This document shows, piece by piece, positions 41,517-55,496 of a stretch of DNA of 64,000 nt. The notes beneath the pieces were generated by a model that worked only from the letters and a program-made list of their open reading frames with translations, was not told the DNA's origin and ran no database searches. Positions within the stretch are counted from its first letter, which is position 1; every line of letters begins with the position of its first letter. Both the position numbers and the translations under genes were made by a program. Where the stretch lies: contig OZ024764.1 in assembly GCA_964016885.1 (NCBI GenBank), positions 9,424,001-9,488,000 of the forward strand. Reading direction: 5' to 3'. The stretch comes from Eledone cirrhosa. Its lineage: Eukaryota.

Positions 41517-42373
41517 CCGTATTTCCTGGCATCGAAGATGCTATTTTTTCCCTAAAATAAGTCTCAAAAATCTACCATGCATCCTGGAGGCCGAAGGGTG
41601 TTTATTTTTTTCAAATTTTTGGTTGTCAAAATTAGGGTGCGTCCTCAAGGACGAAGCGTCTTCGGTGCCGGGAAATACAGTATATATATATATATTTACC
41701 ATATTTTCCGGGGGTCGAAAATGCTATTTTTTCCCTAAAATAAGTCTCAAAAATCTACCATGCATCCTGGAGGCCGAAGGGTGTTTATTTTTTTCAAATA
41801 TTTGGTTGTCAAAATTAGGGTGTGTCCTAGGCGCTAGGGAATACGGTGACTAATAAGTGCTCAGTGGAACCACCACCTATTCGTGGAATTGTAAATATCT
41901 TCAGTGATTTTTTTTAATGGCTTTTTTCATGGAAATATATATATTTTTTAACTCTAAGTTATTAATTGTTTCTACTTTTGGCACAAGGCCAGCAATTACC
42001 CAGTACATTACTGGTACTTTATTTTATCGACCCCGTAAGGATGAAAGGCAAAGTTAACCTCAGCGGGATTTGAACTCAGAATGGCAAGGGCCGTAACTCT
42101 ATGCGTCAAAGCATACCGTCCGACTCTCTACCGATACTGCCAATCCACCACCATAACTCTAAGTTATTAATAACACTATACTATATATGCCAGCTTTTTG
42201 GATGCCCATTCGCATTAATTAGCATATTTCCTGGCATCAAAGACGCTTTCTTTTAAATAAGTCTCAAAAATCTGCTCTACGTCCTAGAGACCGAAGGTTT
42301 ATTATTTTATTTTCAAATTTTTGGTTGTCAAAATTAAGGTGCGTCCTTGAGGACAAAGCGCTGGGAAATATGG
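41517..42373. mobile_element. Three copies of a Tc1/mariner-type MITE (41517-41680, 41699-41846, about 42223-42373)
   Basis: TA-CCGTATTTCC...GGAAATACAG-TA termini and a shared internal sequence. Confidence 0.65.
41967..42153 (-). mobile_element. tRNA-derived SINE (family B) with 18-bp target-site duplication
   Basis: TSD TAACTCTAAGTTATTAAT at 41949-41966 and 42154-42171; B-box-like GAGTTCAAATCC on the minus strand. Fragments also at about 3090, 47845, 49910 and 56970. Confidence 0.8.
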
Positions 42374-44066
42374 TGGTAATAAGGATGAGAACATTTAACA
42401 GCTGAAGCAGAAACTGCTGCGCTGAACAATCTGTCTAAACATCCTCAGTTTTCTCAGGGAGTTTAGTTCTCTAAATTTGGATGCACCACACCCACTCCAC
42501 CCTCCCATACATCCCTCAGAAGGACAGGCTGTAGCATACATCTAGTTATGCCTCCAGCTCACACTGTAAAGTGGTTGTGTAGGTGTCATGACAAAAAGCA
42601 CCCGGTCGACACTGTAAAGTAGTCATGTAGGTGTCACGACAAAAAGCACCCAGTCCACAGAAAATGAATGGAATATCAACCACACCAAAACAAACAATAC
42701 TGACTTAAGAGAAATATAAATAAATAAATATATCACAAGCACAATAACAACAAACACAAATAAACACACACTAGTAAACTAAAATAGAATACAATAACCG
42801 AAACGCAGTCACCCAAACGCGAACACAGACCAAACACTATACACACATGCAAACGCATGCACAGAGAAGACAAAAAATAAATAAATAAATAAACAGCCAG
42901 GCAAAATAAAAATGGCGTAGATATACAATACAATAGGAGGAACATAATAGTACCACTGATGATGTTACAGATGTGCAACGAAAGAACTTTGTTAGACTAT
43001 ATATGTGTTTATATCTATATTATATCTGTATTTTTAACCGCTGGTCAATCAATGATAAACATTGAAGACCGAATGAATTAACTGTGGAGATATAAACGAT
43101 ACAGAGGCGAAAACCAACCAAACAGTGAGTGTGTTCTGTTACTATTTCTGGTAATATTACAATATGACCCTCCCTAAGTATAACAATATATATATGTATA
43201 TATATAATTTCTCATTCTATTTTCCGATGAAGGACTAGCGTCCGAAATGTTAAGACACTTTTCCCACTAAATCAAGCGTAAAACTAATAATATATTTCTT
43301 CATTGTACAGTGTCATTTGCTTTGTTATTTCTGTTTGCCTTTTGCATATATATATATATATATATATATAATGAAAGTGTGAAGAATAACATATATACAT
43401 ATATGCACATATATATATATATCTATCTATCTAAGGCGGGTAAAATTCCCGAGATCCATGGACGAGTTCTCTCCAGCGGTCTCTGTCCCTCATTATCGCT
43501 GCCATATCCTGCATCTCCAACAGACCAGTGTCTGTCCTTAGGGCATCAACATATGTTAACCTTGGTCTTCCTCTTCTATATATATATACACATATATATA
43601 TATATACATACACACATATATATACCCATACACACACACAGATATATATACACATACACACACATATATATACACATACACACACATATATATATATATA
43701 TACATACACATATACACACACACACACACATATATATACACACATATATATATACACATACACACACACATATATATATATATAGACACACCCCATCTAA
43801 CCCATGCTAGCGTGGAAGATACGAAGATGATGATGATGACCCACACAGAAACACATATCAAATCTTTATCATGATGGATATGTTCAGTTCACTTTTCTTA
43901 CTAAAGTGGACATTAAGCAGGTGATTATGACCATATTTGGCAATGTTCCTTACCTTTCTTTTCCCTTTATAATATTTCACATAAAAAGAGAATTTGTGAA
44001 ATATCACACAAAACACTGATGCAATACTAAATGTGTTAATGGGTCACAGGATTACTCTGTATAAAT

Positions 44067-45467
44067 AGGCAAGTTGTGTCGGGTGACCGTGTCTCGCTCA
44101 TGGCTTAGTGGTTAGAGCATTGGGTTTGCAATCGAAAGGTTGTGAGTTCAATTCTCAGACCGGGTGATGTGTTGTTTCCTTGAGCAAGACACTTTATTTC
44201 ACATTGCTCCAGTTTACTCAGCTGTAGAAATGAGATGATAGGGACTGGGGTCCCTATCATTCCACTGTAATGTGGTCGTGGAGGTGCCACGGCAAAAAAG
44301 CACCCAGCACTCACTGTAAATGAGGTTGGTGTTAGGAAGGGCATCCAGCTGTAGAAATGGATGCTCTTCCTAACATCAACCTCATTTACAGTGAGTGCTG
44401 GGTGCTTTTTTTTCCGTGGCACCTACATGACCACTTTGCTGTGGGAGGGGTTGGGGCCATATTGTCTACATGCTTCAGCTTCGGCTTGTACCCGTGTGGA
44501 GTTGGGTCTTCACATACACATATGTATACATATATATATATATATATATATAAATGAACAGCCCACACTGTAACTGTGGTTGGCGTTAGGAAGGGCATCC
44601 AGCCGTAGAAAACCAGTCAGAAAAACCCTTATTTGAGCGAGACACGGTCACCCGACACAACTTGCCTTAAAATATGACTCGTCTAACCCATGCTAGCGTG
44701 GAAGATGGACGTTAATCGATGATGATATATATATATATATATATATAAAAGCCGACCTTACCCAACTACACCTCTCAAAGACAATGACACACGACCGTGA
44801 CTTCTGGCGTCACGCAGTAATACAGGGTACCCGACCTCCCATGGGTACATGCTGAAGCATATAAACAATATGCCCCCACTCCCCCCACCGCAAGGTGGTC
44901 GTGGAGGTGCCACGGCAAAAAAGCACCCAGCCCACACTGTAAAGTGGACGTGGAGGCGCCACGAAAAAGCACCCAGCACTCACTGTAAATGAGGTTGGTG
45001 TTAGGAAGGGCATCCAGCTGTAGAAATCAAGCCAGATCAGTTCCTGTATGAGCAAGGCATGGTCAGCCGACCAGACACTGCACACAACAGGACAACCCGT
45101 CTAACCCATGCTAGCGTGGAAGAACGGACGTGTGATGATGATGATGATGATGATATGTTCTGATGATTTGATTAGGCATGCATGTATTTAAGATTGAGTG
45201 ACACAACTTCAAGTGATTAGCAATCTTTAGACACCCTAATCACCTAATATCAATGAAACAAGTGTTAATACTGTAAATAAAACCCTTTTTGTACTGTTGA
45301 CCATGTTGTTCTTCACTCTTTCACTATATATATATCAGGCCAAATCAGTTCGCGTATGGGCAAGACAAGGTCACCCTATCTGGCACTGCCCACATGAGGA
45401 CAACCCGTCTAACCCATGCTAGCGTGGAAGAATGGACGTAAAACGAGGATGATGAATGATGATGATG

Positions 45468-45470
<3 letters not shown>
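44067..45470. mobile_element. Rearranged SINE cluster in KARS1 intron 1
   Basis: Family A head at 44098; several bodies and tails in both orientations. Confidence 0.75.
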
Positions 45471-45518
<48 letters not shown>

Positions 45519-45730
45519 CGGCGATGAATTTGTTTTGCAAGGTTTTTGATATGAAATCGTGTATTATATATATATATATAACGAAAGAAGTGTGGTAAGG
45601 AACCAGGTGGACCATAACGCACCAGAGTACTCAATACATAGGGTAGTAGAGTGGGTAATAGGAAAATGTTTAACCCCGACGGCAGAGCTCAAGCCGTTTC
45701 GACGGCTATTTCTGGATATGTATATACATA

Positions 45731-45789
<59 letters not shown>

Positions 45790-46090
45790 GTATGTATATG
45801 AATGTATGTGTGCAAGTACATATATGACCGGTGCATAAAAAAGTCATATATATATATATATATACACACACAATATGGTAACATCTACACACAGAAGTCT
45901 GTGTGTATATATATATAAATATGTATGTAGGTAAAATTAACACGCTACGTCTTAAGGAAACCGGTGTAACATGAAACGTGGTCTTCTACATCGCCATATG
46001 GACCTTTATTGTAACAGAGTATTAAAACTGGTGAACTAATAGTAACTAAATGTTATACGTCTATACACTATATATATATATATATATATA
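45337..46090 (+). repeat. Segment duplicated at about 48576-49870 (the second copy has an extra block of about 0.5 kb)
   Basis: Shared SINE tail and collinear unique-looking blocks separated by (TA)n. Confidence 0.85.
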
Positions 46091-46291
46091 TTATACATAC
46101 ATATATATGAATGTATGTAGAACAACCCAATATAACATCTGCACACATCAATATATAGACATACGTGTGTGTGTAAATGTGAAAATAAATAAATATATAT
46201 ACATATATATATATGTGTGTCTGTCTGTGTGTTTATCCCGGGTTCAATCGGGGGTAACCATAGTAAGTAAGGTACTCAATACATAACAGAG

Positions 46292-46353
<62 letters not shown>

Positions 46354-46640
46354 CTATCCAGGAAGCTCCAACCGTTAAGGTTGTCTTTTTTCCGGGTATG
46401 TCAATATTTATTTATAAAACAAATCTGTATTTTTATTTTATCTGATGAAAGCGCACCATAATTTGCCTTGATTGTCCTTCAAATATATATAATAAAATAA
46501 ATACGGTTTTATAAATATAGTTTCCATTTATTAATATATTGTATATATATATATATATATTTTTTTTTTCCTCCGTCATCCTTATTTTCGTGAACATGAT
46601 GTCGAGTGCTTGATTTGAATTACTTTCATATCTACCGTGT

Positions 46641-46712
<72 letters not shown>

Positions 46713-47685
46713 TACTATTAAGTTAGACATGGCCTGCGCCAATACTGGCCGAAACCTATCAAAGTTATATAGACAGTCGATCGACAAGATGCCAGACTTC
46801 ATTCACTTAACGAGTGGCGTAGAGCTCGTCAAATCGGACCGAGGAAACAATGTTTCCATTGGTCTTTCCAATTGCTAATACTATCTATCGATTGCAACTC
46901 CACGTAGAAGGAGCGATGTGAAATAAAGTGTCTTGCTCAAGGACATAACGCATCGCCCGGTCCAAGAATCGAACTCACAACCTCACGATTGCGATCTATA
47001 TATATATATGATTTCCTCAAACAATTCGATTAGTACCTGCTGTATGGCAGCTACACTTTCGGTTTATACCCTATATATATAGGGTATAATCGAATTGTTT
47101 GAGGAAATCACCAAGCAGACACCAAGAAAAACGACCGAAGGCAGTCCCCACACATATATATATACATACATACATACATGTATGTGTGTAGAAATATATA
47201 TAGAATATACCCCCCAAAATGTATATACACTTCAACAGCATACAAATAAATATTGCCTGTATAGGCAATCAAAGTGTGTATACATTTTTTGGGACACCCT
47301 ATAATATGTATGTATGTATATATGTTTATCCCGGGTTCAATCGGGGGTAACCACAGTAAGTAAGGTACTCAATACAGAGTAGAGTATAAATATTTAATAT
47401 AGAAATGGCTTCTACAGGACAAGAACTGTTTCATTCGAGAGAAATCATCAGGAGAACTCAACAGTTCTAGTCCTGTAGAAGCCATTATATATATATATAT
47501 ATATGTTTGTGTAGGTATATACACACAAATGATGCAATATTGTTCCCTCGGGTCCCGACTCTTCCTCACACATATATAAATATATACCCAATACAGCAAC
47601 ATCAATATACACAGATATTTATATATACATGTGTATATATATATATACACACAAATGATCAGGAATGTCCGCTGTGTAGACTTAC

Positions 47686-47723
47686 TTTTTGCTGATAGTT
47701 CTGTGGGAGCTGACGTCTGCCAT
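47686..47723 (-). CDS. KARS1: Lysyl-tRNA synthetase exon 1 (cytosolic start; MADVSSHRTISK + AA)
   Basis: ATG at 47723 (context AAACATGG), 38 nt, donor GTAAGT. The phase-2 AA joins the T of exon 3 to give SKN-EQKRQLKAQKK, matching the SKN-ELKRRLKAEKK junction of metazoan cytosolic LysRS. Confidence 0.88.
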
Positions 47724-47815
47724 GTTTAGAACACGAGGTTATAACAACCAGTGGAGTTGATACAAAAGTTGGAATGGAGACAGCCGGCAAATGGCGAAAC
47801 GAATGGCGAAATAGT
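47724..47815 (-). promoter_or_regulatory. Putative KARS1 5' UTR / core promoter with two CGCCAT(T) YY1-like motifs
   Basis: Directly upstream of the exon 1 ATG. AATGGCG occurs twice on + (about 47790-47808) but only once in the duplicated copies. Confidence 0.35.
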
Positions 47816-48211
47816 ATGAAGGTATTTTATTTCATGAATGGTTTCTTATATAGGCACAAGGCCATCAATTTGGAGGAGGGGAAAGTCGATTAAATCGATC
47901 ACAGTACGTGACTGGTACATTATTTTATCGACCACGTAAGGATGAAAGGCAAGTTAACCTCGGTGGGATTTGAAGCCAATAACGAAATATTATGAATATA
48001 TTTTATTATATGAATAAAAAAGATTTATTTTATTTTTTTAAATTCTAAGAATTCTTTGTAAGTGTGTGTGTACATTTCTTAGAAAATTCTAAAAAGAATG
48101 TGAGTACTCAGGCGCTTTATGGTCTACCTGGTATTTTACCATACCCTCTTTGTTTTATATATCATCATCATCATCATTTTACGTCTGCTTTTCCCTACTT
48201 GTAAGATTTGG

Positions 48212-48269
<58 letters not shown>

Positions 48270-48379
48270 TTATTAAAATAACAGATTAAAGTTTAAGCAA
48301 AGAATCGCTGCTTTCACCCTTAACGGGATCTTCTGAAAGTAGCGATTCTTTGCTTAAACTTTAATCTGTTTAATGCGTG

Positions 48380-48410
<31 letters not shown>

Positions 48411-48414
48411 TTAT

Positions 48415-48462
<48 letters not shown>

Positions 48463-48719
48463 TATATAATATATATATATATACACATCCAGAATTAGCC
48501 GTCGAAACGGCTTGAGCTCAGCCGTCGGGGTCCTACTCGTTCCTATATATATATATATATATATCAATATATATATCAGGCCAAATCAGTTCCCGTATGA
48601 GCAAGACAAGGTCACCCTATCTGGCACTGCCCACAACAGGACAACCCGTCTAACCCATGCTAGCGTGGAAGAATGGACGTAAAACGAGGATGGTGAATGA
48701 TGATGATGATACATATTAT

Positions 48720-49225
48720 CTCAAATTAGAATTCACCGCCTAAGCGAGGGTTACCTCCCTTGGAGTAAACGACGTGTCTATGGCGACATTTAAAGCTACA
48801 ACATACCCGCTCAGGCTAAGAACGAAAGACTTGCTGAAGAAGTAAATCCTATGTTCTGTCGTCAAAAACCATTATATTGCAGACTCCTGCAATAGGAATT
48901 TGTCGATCTTGGATTTGCAGAACTTAGCGCTGATGTTGGATGCTATATGTGATCTATATTGTTGATATACGATGTAAGTTATATATTTTGCACTCAGCCT
49001 CACCGCTATGTCCAGGTCAGTATAAAATCTTTTTCCTGGGTCCTGTATTTTCGTTGCTCTAGTAATGCGGCTGGACTGCCGACCGCTATATCTGGTTAGC
49101 TAAGCTGTCTGAACGTAATGTTATTACTCTGGGGTCTTTCCTCATCTGAGTGCTCAAGCTATAAGACCGATTATGCATATACGTTAGCTTGGCCGTATTC
49201 TAAAGCTTCGTCAATGCTATACTAA
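48720..49225 (-). mobile_element. Highly degraded LINE endonuclease-like fragment
   Basis: Non-repetitive block absent from the paralogous segment at about 45470. Residual peptides PRVITLR and FYTDLD resemble an APE domain. Confidence 0.35.
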
Positions 49226-49231
49226 AATTTA

Positions 49232-49269
<38 letters not shown>

Positions 49270-49600
49270 CATATACGGCGATGAATTTGTTTTGCAAGGT
49301 TTTTGATATGAAATCGTGTATTATATATATATATATATAACGAAGGAAGTGTGGTCAGGAACCAGATGGACCATAACGCACCAGAGTACTCAATACATAG
49401 AGTAGTAGAGTGGGTAATAGGAAAATGTTTAACCCCGACGGCAGAGCTCAAGCCGTTTCGACGGCTATTTCTGGATGTGTGTATATATATATACACACAT
49501 GTATATGTGCAAGTACATATATGACCGGTGCATGAAAAAGTCATATATATATATATATATACACACACACAATATGGTAACATCTACACACAGACGTCTT

Positions 49601-49664
<64 letters not shown>

Positions 49665-49843
49665 GATATATAGATATATATATTATATATATATAAATAT
49701 GTATGTAGGTAAAATTAACACGCTACGTCTTAAGGAAACCGGTGTAACATGAAACGTGGTCTTCTACATCGCCATATGGACCTTTATTGTAACAGAGTGT
49801 TAAAACTGGTGAACTAATAGTAACTAAATGTTATACGTCTATA

Positions 49844-49911
<68 letters not shown>

Positions 49912-50660
49912 GTTTCTACTTTTGGCACAAGGCCATCAAATACCCAGTACATTACTGGTACTTTATTTTATCGACCCCGTAAGGATGAAAGGCAAAGTTA
50001 ACCTCGGCGGGATTTGAACTCATATATATATATAATAACTAGAAATTGATTAACATATAAATAAACATGTATAATCATGTATAAACATGTATAGTCATTC
50101 TGGCATGACACCCATAATTTTGATTTAGATTAAATTCATTTGATTTATCTTAATTTTGGATATATATATATATATGTGAAGTAATTTCGTCGGAAAAGTC
50201 CAGGAAAAAAGAGTGCTCTATGTAGGTAACAGAGCTTAATAGTTATGTAATAAACAACATAAGGCAATTATTTCATTTACCAGTGGTTTCTTAAAAGCAA
50301 AAAAATTTTGCTTTCAATCATCAGAATGAAAAAATCCTGGTGTATTTATTGACATTGGATTTTAAAAACAAAAATGCAATCTATAAGTTGTGTTGGAAGG
50401 AGTAGGTATATTTTTGATTGAATAATCCAATTCATAAAGGGCCATGGTGTATGTTGGTTAAATTCCTGAAAACTGTAGAGTGCTCAACTATTCGGACTGG
50501 AAAGTGCCAATCGTATATGTAATATAGAATATGCTTCAATCAATCCCGGTTGGAGCTGTATAAATGAAGTATATTCTATATTAACATATACGATTGGCAC
50601 TTTCCAGCCCGATTAGTTGAGCACTCTACAATTTCCAGTCCGATTAGTTGAGCACTCTAA

Positions 50661-52018
50661 ATTTTATGTCCCAAATGCAAAGTATGGGTGCATAAAAGAT
50701 GTCGTGGGATCACAGGTAAGCTAACTAAGAACATAGATTTTACATGTGGCCGGTGCTCTGGTGCAATAAGTAGCAGCAAGTGCCCACAAAATACTAGCTC
50801 TTTCAATTGCGCAGAGGGTTCTATAGAAATAGTGGACAGCTTCCGTTACCTGGGTGACAAAATCAGCAGTGGGGGAGGGTGCTCTGAAAGTACAGTAGCT
50901 AGAGTCAGAACTGGTTGGAAAAAGTTCAGAGAGCTTATACCACTATTAGCCGCTAAAGGGTTCTCCCTAAGAATGAAAGGCAGGTTGTATGATGCCTGCA
51001 TACGAACAACAATGTTGCATGGCAGTGAGACCTGGGCATTGTGTGCAGAGGATATACGCAGACTAGAGAGGAACGAAGCTTGCATGCTCCGCTGGATGTG
51101 TAATAGTAACATACGTGAACGGCAAAGCATAAGCGAACTAAGGAAAAAATTAGAAATAAGAGGGATCAGATGTTGTTTACTTGAGAGAAGGCTACGTTGG
51201 TATGGTCACGTGATGCGCATGAAAGACGACAGCTGTATAACAAAGTGCAGGGCAATAAAGATAGACGGTAGCTACGGAGTAGGCAGACCCAGAAAAACCT
51301 GGGACGAGCTGATAAATTCTGACCTCACACACTTACACCTCTCCAAGACAATGTCACTGGACCGAGACCTTTGGCGCTACGCAGTAATAGAGAAGACCCG
51401 CCTTACCTAAATACAAAGTAAAACCTACTACAGCCAGTAGGCATCTCTAACAAAATACACCCCCATCCCACCACCCCCACCCCATCCACACCGCCCCTTC
51501 AATGTAAAGTTATGTTGGTGCCACAACATCCAGGCCGAAACAAATGAGATCGTGTAGGTGTCACGACAAAAAAACACACAGTCCACGCTGTAATGTGGCT
51601 GTGTAGGCAACACGGTAAAAACCTCCCAGCCCCACACTGTAAATGTGGTTGGTGTTAGGAAGGACATCCAGCCGTAGAAAACCCGCCAGACAGTCCACGC
51701 TGTAATGTGGCCGTGTAGGCAACACGGTAAAAACCTCCCAGCCCCACACTGTAAATGTGGTTGGTGTTAGGAAGGACATCCAGCCGTAGAAAACCTGCCA
51801 GACAGTCCACGCTGTAATGTGGCCGTGTAGGCAACACGGTAAAAACCTCCCAGCCCCACACTGTAAATGTGGTTGGTGTTAGGAAGGGCATCCAGCTGTA
51901 GAAAACCCGCCAGACAGTCCTATGCGAGCAAGACAATCACTCTTGCCTCAAGTGGGAAAACCCCCGTCCAAACCCATGCAAGCGTGGAACACGGACGTTA
52001 AACGTTGATGATGATGAC
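50661..52018 (+). mobile_element. 5'-truncated copy of the same RTE LINE
   Basis: Nearly identical to 60246-61602 (a few substitutions); ORF 50688-51410. Confidence 0.93.
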
Positions 52019-52069
<51 letters not shown>

Positions 52070-52185
52070 AATGATCATCAATATACACAAATGATCATCA
52101 ATATACACAGATATTTATATATACATGTGTATATATATATATATATACACACAAATGATCAGGAATATCAACTGTGTAGACTAAC

Positions 52186-52223
52186 CTTTTGCTGGTAGTT
52201 TGGTTGAAGCTGACATCTGCCAT
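52186..52223 (-). pseudogene. Duplicated KARS1 exon 1, copy 2 (MADVSFNQTTSK + AG); pseudo-exon or alternative first exon
   Basis: Homologous to 47686-47723 together with several hundred bp of flank. Keeps the ATG, the 38-nt length and a GT donor (AG|GTTAGT). Confidence 0.8.
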
Positions 52224-52615
52224 GTTTAGAACACGAGGTTATAACAACCAGTGGAGTTGATACAAAAGTTGGAATGGAGACAGCCGGCAAATGGCGAAAT
52301 AGTATGAAGGTATTTTATTTCATGAATGGTTTCTTATATAGGCACAAGGCCATCAATTTGGGGGCGGGGAAAGTCAATTAAATCGACCGTGCCACGTGAC
52401 TGGGACATTATCTTATTGACATTATAAGTTAAGCTCGGTGAGATTTGAGTGTGTGTGTACATTACTCAGAAAATTCTAAAAAGAATGTCTACTGAAGCTA
52501 TTATGGTCTACTTAGTATCTTACCACGCCCTCTTTGTTTTATATATCATCATTATCATTTTACGTCTGCTTTTCCCTGCTTGCAAAAGTTGGATGGTATA
52601 TATATATATATATAC

Positions 52616-52687
<72 letters not shown>

Positions 52688-52877
52688 TTTCATATATATA
52701 TATATATATATATACTTTCATATGTAGGAGGTGAGTTTTATTGTAGTACAATAAAGCAATGCAGATATCGGATAAGAAGCACTCTACAGTTTGTAGGACT
52801 GGAGTATACATAATATATGTTGATTTAAAACTGCACTATCCACAAGTGTTTTTTAGCCTTCATATCATGTCCTCCTG

Positions 52878-52944
52878 TTTTATCTGATGAAAACACAAAT
52901 ATTATTGCATGATGATGTTTGTTTTTGAAATGCGCATAATAAAA
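52878..52944 (+). ncRNA. Type I hammerhead ribozyme motif
   Basis: TTTTAT-CTGATGA-long stem II (52891-52926)-GAAA-TGCGCA-TA-ATAAAA. Palindromic ATGCGCAT stem III, AUA triplet. Confidence 0.65.
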
Positions 52945-53430
52945 TACATGGAACTTCTTTATTATATATTATACTTTCATATATATATATATATATACAC
53001 TTTCATATATATATATATATACTTTCATATATATATAGTGGTTAGAGCATTGGCCTTGCAATCGAAAGGTTGTGAGTTCAATTCTCAGACCGGGTGATGT
53101 GTTGTTTCCTTGAGCAAGACACTTTATTTCACATTGCTCCAGTTTATTCAGCTGTAGAAATGAGATGATAGGGACTGGGGTCCCTATCATTCCACTGTAA
53201 AGTGGTCGTGGAGGTGCCACGGCAAAAAAGCACCCAGCACTCACTGTAAATGAGGTTGGTGTTAGGAAGGGCATCCAGCTGTAGAAATCAAGCCAGAATC
53301 AGTTCCAGTCCCACCCTTGAAAGCAGGGAAAAGCGGACGTAAAATGAAATGAAATGAAATGATGATGATGATATATTATATATATATATATATATACTTT
53401 CATATATATATATATATATTATATATATAT

Positions 53431-53461
<31 letters not shown>

Positions 53462-53570
53462 ATATATATATATATTATATATATATTATATATATATATA
53501 TATATATTATATATATGTATATATATATATTATCTATATATATATATATTATCTATATATATATATATAT

Positions 53571-53602
<32 letters not shown>

Positions 53603-53629
53603 ATATATATTATATATATATATATATAT

Positions 53630-53661
<32 letters not shown>

Positions 53662-53667
53662 ATATAT

Positions 53668-53699
<32 letters not shown>

Positions 53700-53738
53700 A
53701 TATATATTATATATATATATATATATTATATATATATA

Positions 53739-53815
<77 letters not shown>

Positions 53816-53866
53816 ATATTATATATATATATATATTATATATATATTATAATATATTATATATAT

Positions 53867-54040
<174 letters not shown>

Positions 54041-55496
54041 TATCCTCTTCCCCTCTCTATATCAATTAAAATCAAACTCTCCCTCCCCCTCTCTATATCT
54101 ACTACACGAAACTCTCTTCTAATACACCTCTCTATATCAATTAGCATCAAACTCTCCCCCTCTCTATATCTACTACACAAAACTCTCTTCCAATCCCCCT
54201 CTCTATATCAATTACCACCCAACTCTCCCCCTCTCTGTATCTATCTATGTCTATCTCTCTTATCTATCTCTACATAAATTGTACATAAATTGTAGCGCAT
54301 ATACAAATAGATGTGTTTTGGTGGTTTGGGGAGAAATATAATTATTGGGGATGGGCATTACCCCTGCTCTGCAAAGTATCGTCTTCCTTCGGTTGCAACG
54401 TTTTTCAAAATATTTACTTCTGCGTTCAAAGATTGATTTTTTTAGTTTCAGAAGATCCTGTTAAGGGTGAAAGCAGCGATTCTTTGCTTAAACTTTAATC
54501 TGTTATTTTAATAAATATATATATATCGAAACAAATGAGGTTGTGTAGGTGTCACAACAAAAAAACACAGTCCACGCTGTAATGTGGCCGTGTAGGCAAC
54601 ACGGTAAAAACCTCCCAGTTCCACACTGTAAATGTGTTGGTGTTAGGAAGGGCATCCAGCTGTAGAAAACCCGCCAGACAGTCCTATGCGAGCAAGACAA
54701 TCACTCTTGCCTCAAGTGGGAAAACTCCTGTCCAAACCCATGCAAGCGTGGAACATGGACGTTAAACGATGATGATGATGATGATGATGATATATGAGTT
54801 CCGGATTCAATCGGAGGAAACCACAGTAAGTAAGGTACTCAATACACTAGTAGAATATATACAACAGATTTAATATAGAAATGGCTTCTACAGGACTAGA
54901 ACTGTTCCAGGGATTTCCTGATGATTTCCTTCAAATGAAACAGTTCTAGTCACGTAGAAGCCATTTCTCTATTAAATTTGTAGACATTACAATACAAGAA
55001 GAGGGAACATAATAGTACCACTGATGATGTTGCAGATGTGCAACGAAAGAACTTTGTTAGACTATATATATATATATTTATATATCTGCATTTTCAACCG
55101 CTGGTCAATCAATGATAAACATTGATTGACAGATAAATTAACTATGGAGACATAATAGATACAGAAGCGGAAACCAACCAAACAGTGAGTGTGTTCTGTT
55201 ATTATTTCTGGTAATATTACAACAATATGACCCTCCCTAAGTATAACAATATATATATATGTATATATAAAATTTCTCATTCTATTTTCTGATGAAGGAC
55301 TACCATCTGAAATGTTAAGACACTTTTCCTACTAAATCAAGCATAAAACTAATAATATATTTCTTCATTGTACAGTGTCATTTGCTTTGTTATTTCTGTT
55401 TGCCTTTTGCATATATATATATATATATATTTCAACTGGTGCGTGTGTTTCTTATTGGCAACATGACCCTCCCAAAGTATAACAATATATATATAT

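Noticed and set aside
47724-50660. Divergent head-to-head partner gene, as with human KARS1/TERF2IP
   Set aside because: No recognisable exon on + upstream; only repeats and LINE pieces were seen.
54445-54490. CAGAAGA-tCC(T/C)gttaaGGGt-GAAA hammerhead-like motif (also minus strand near 2915-2950 and 48305-48335)
   Set aside because: The core has A in place of the invariant U4 in all copies, and no convincing stem I or III forms.
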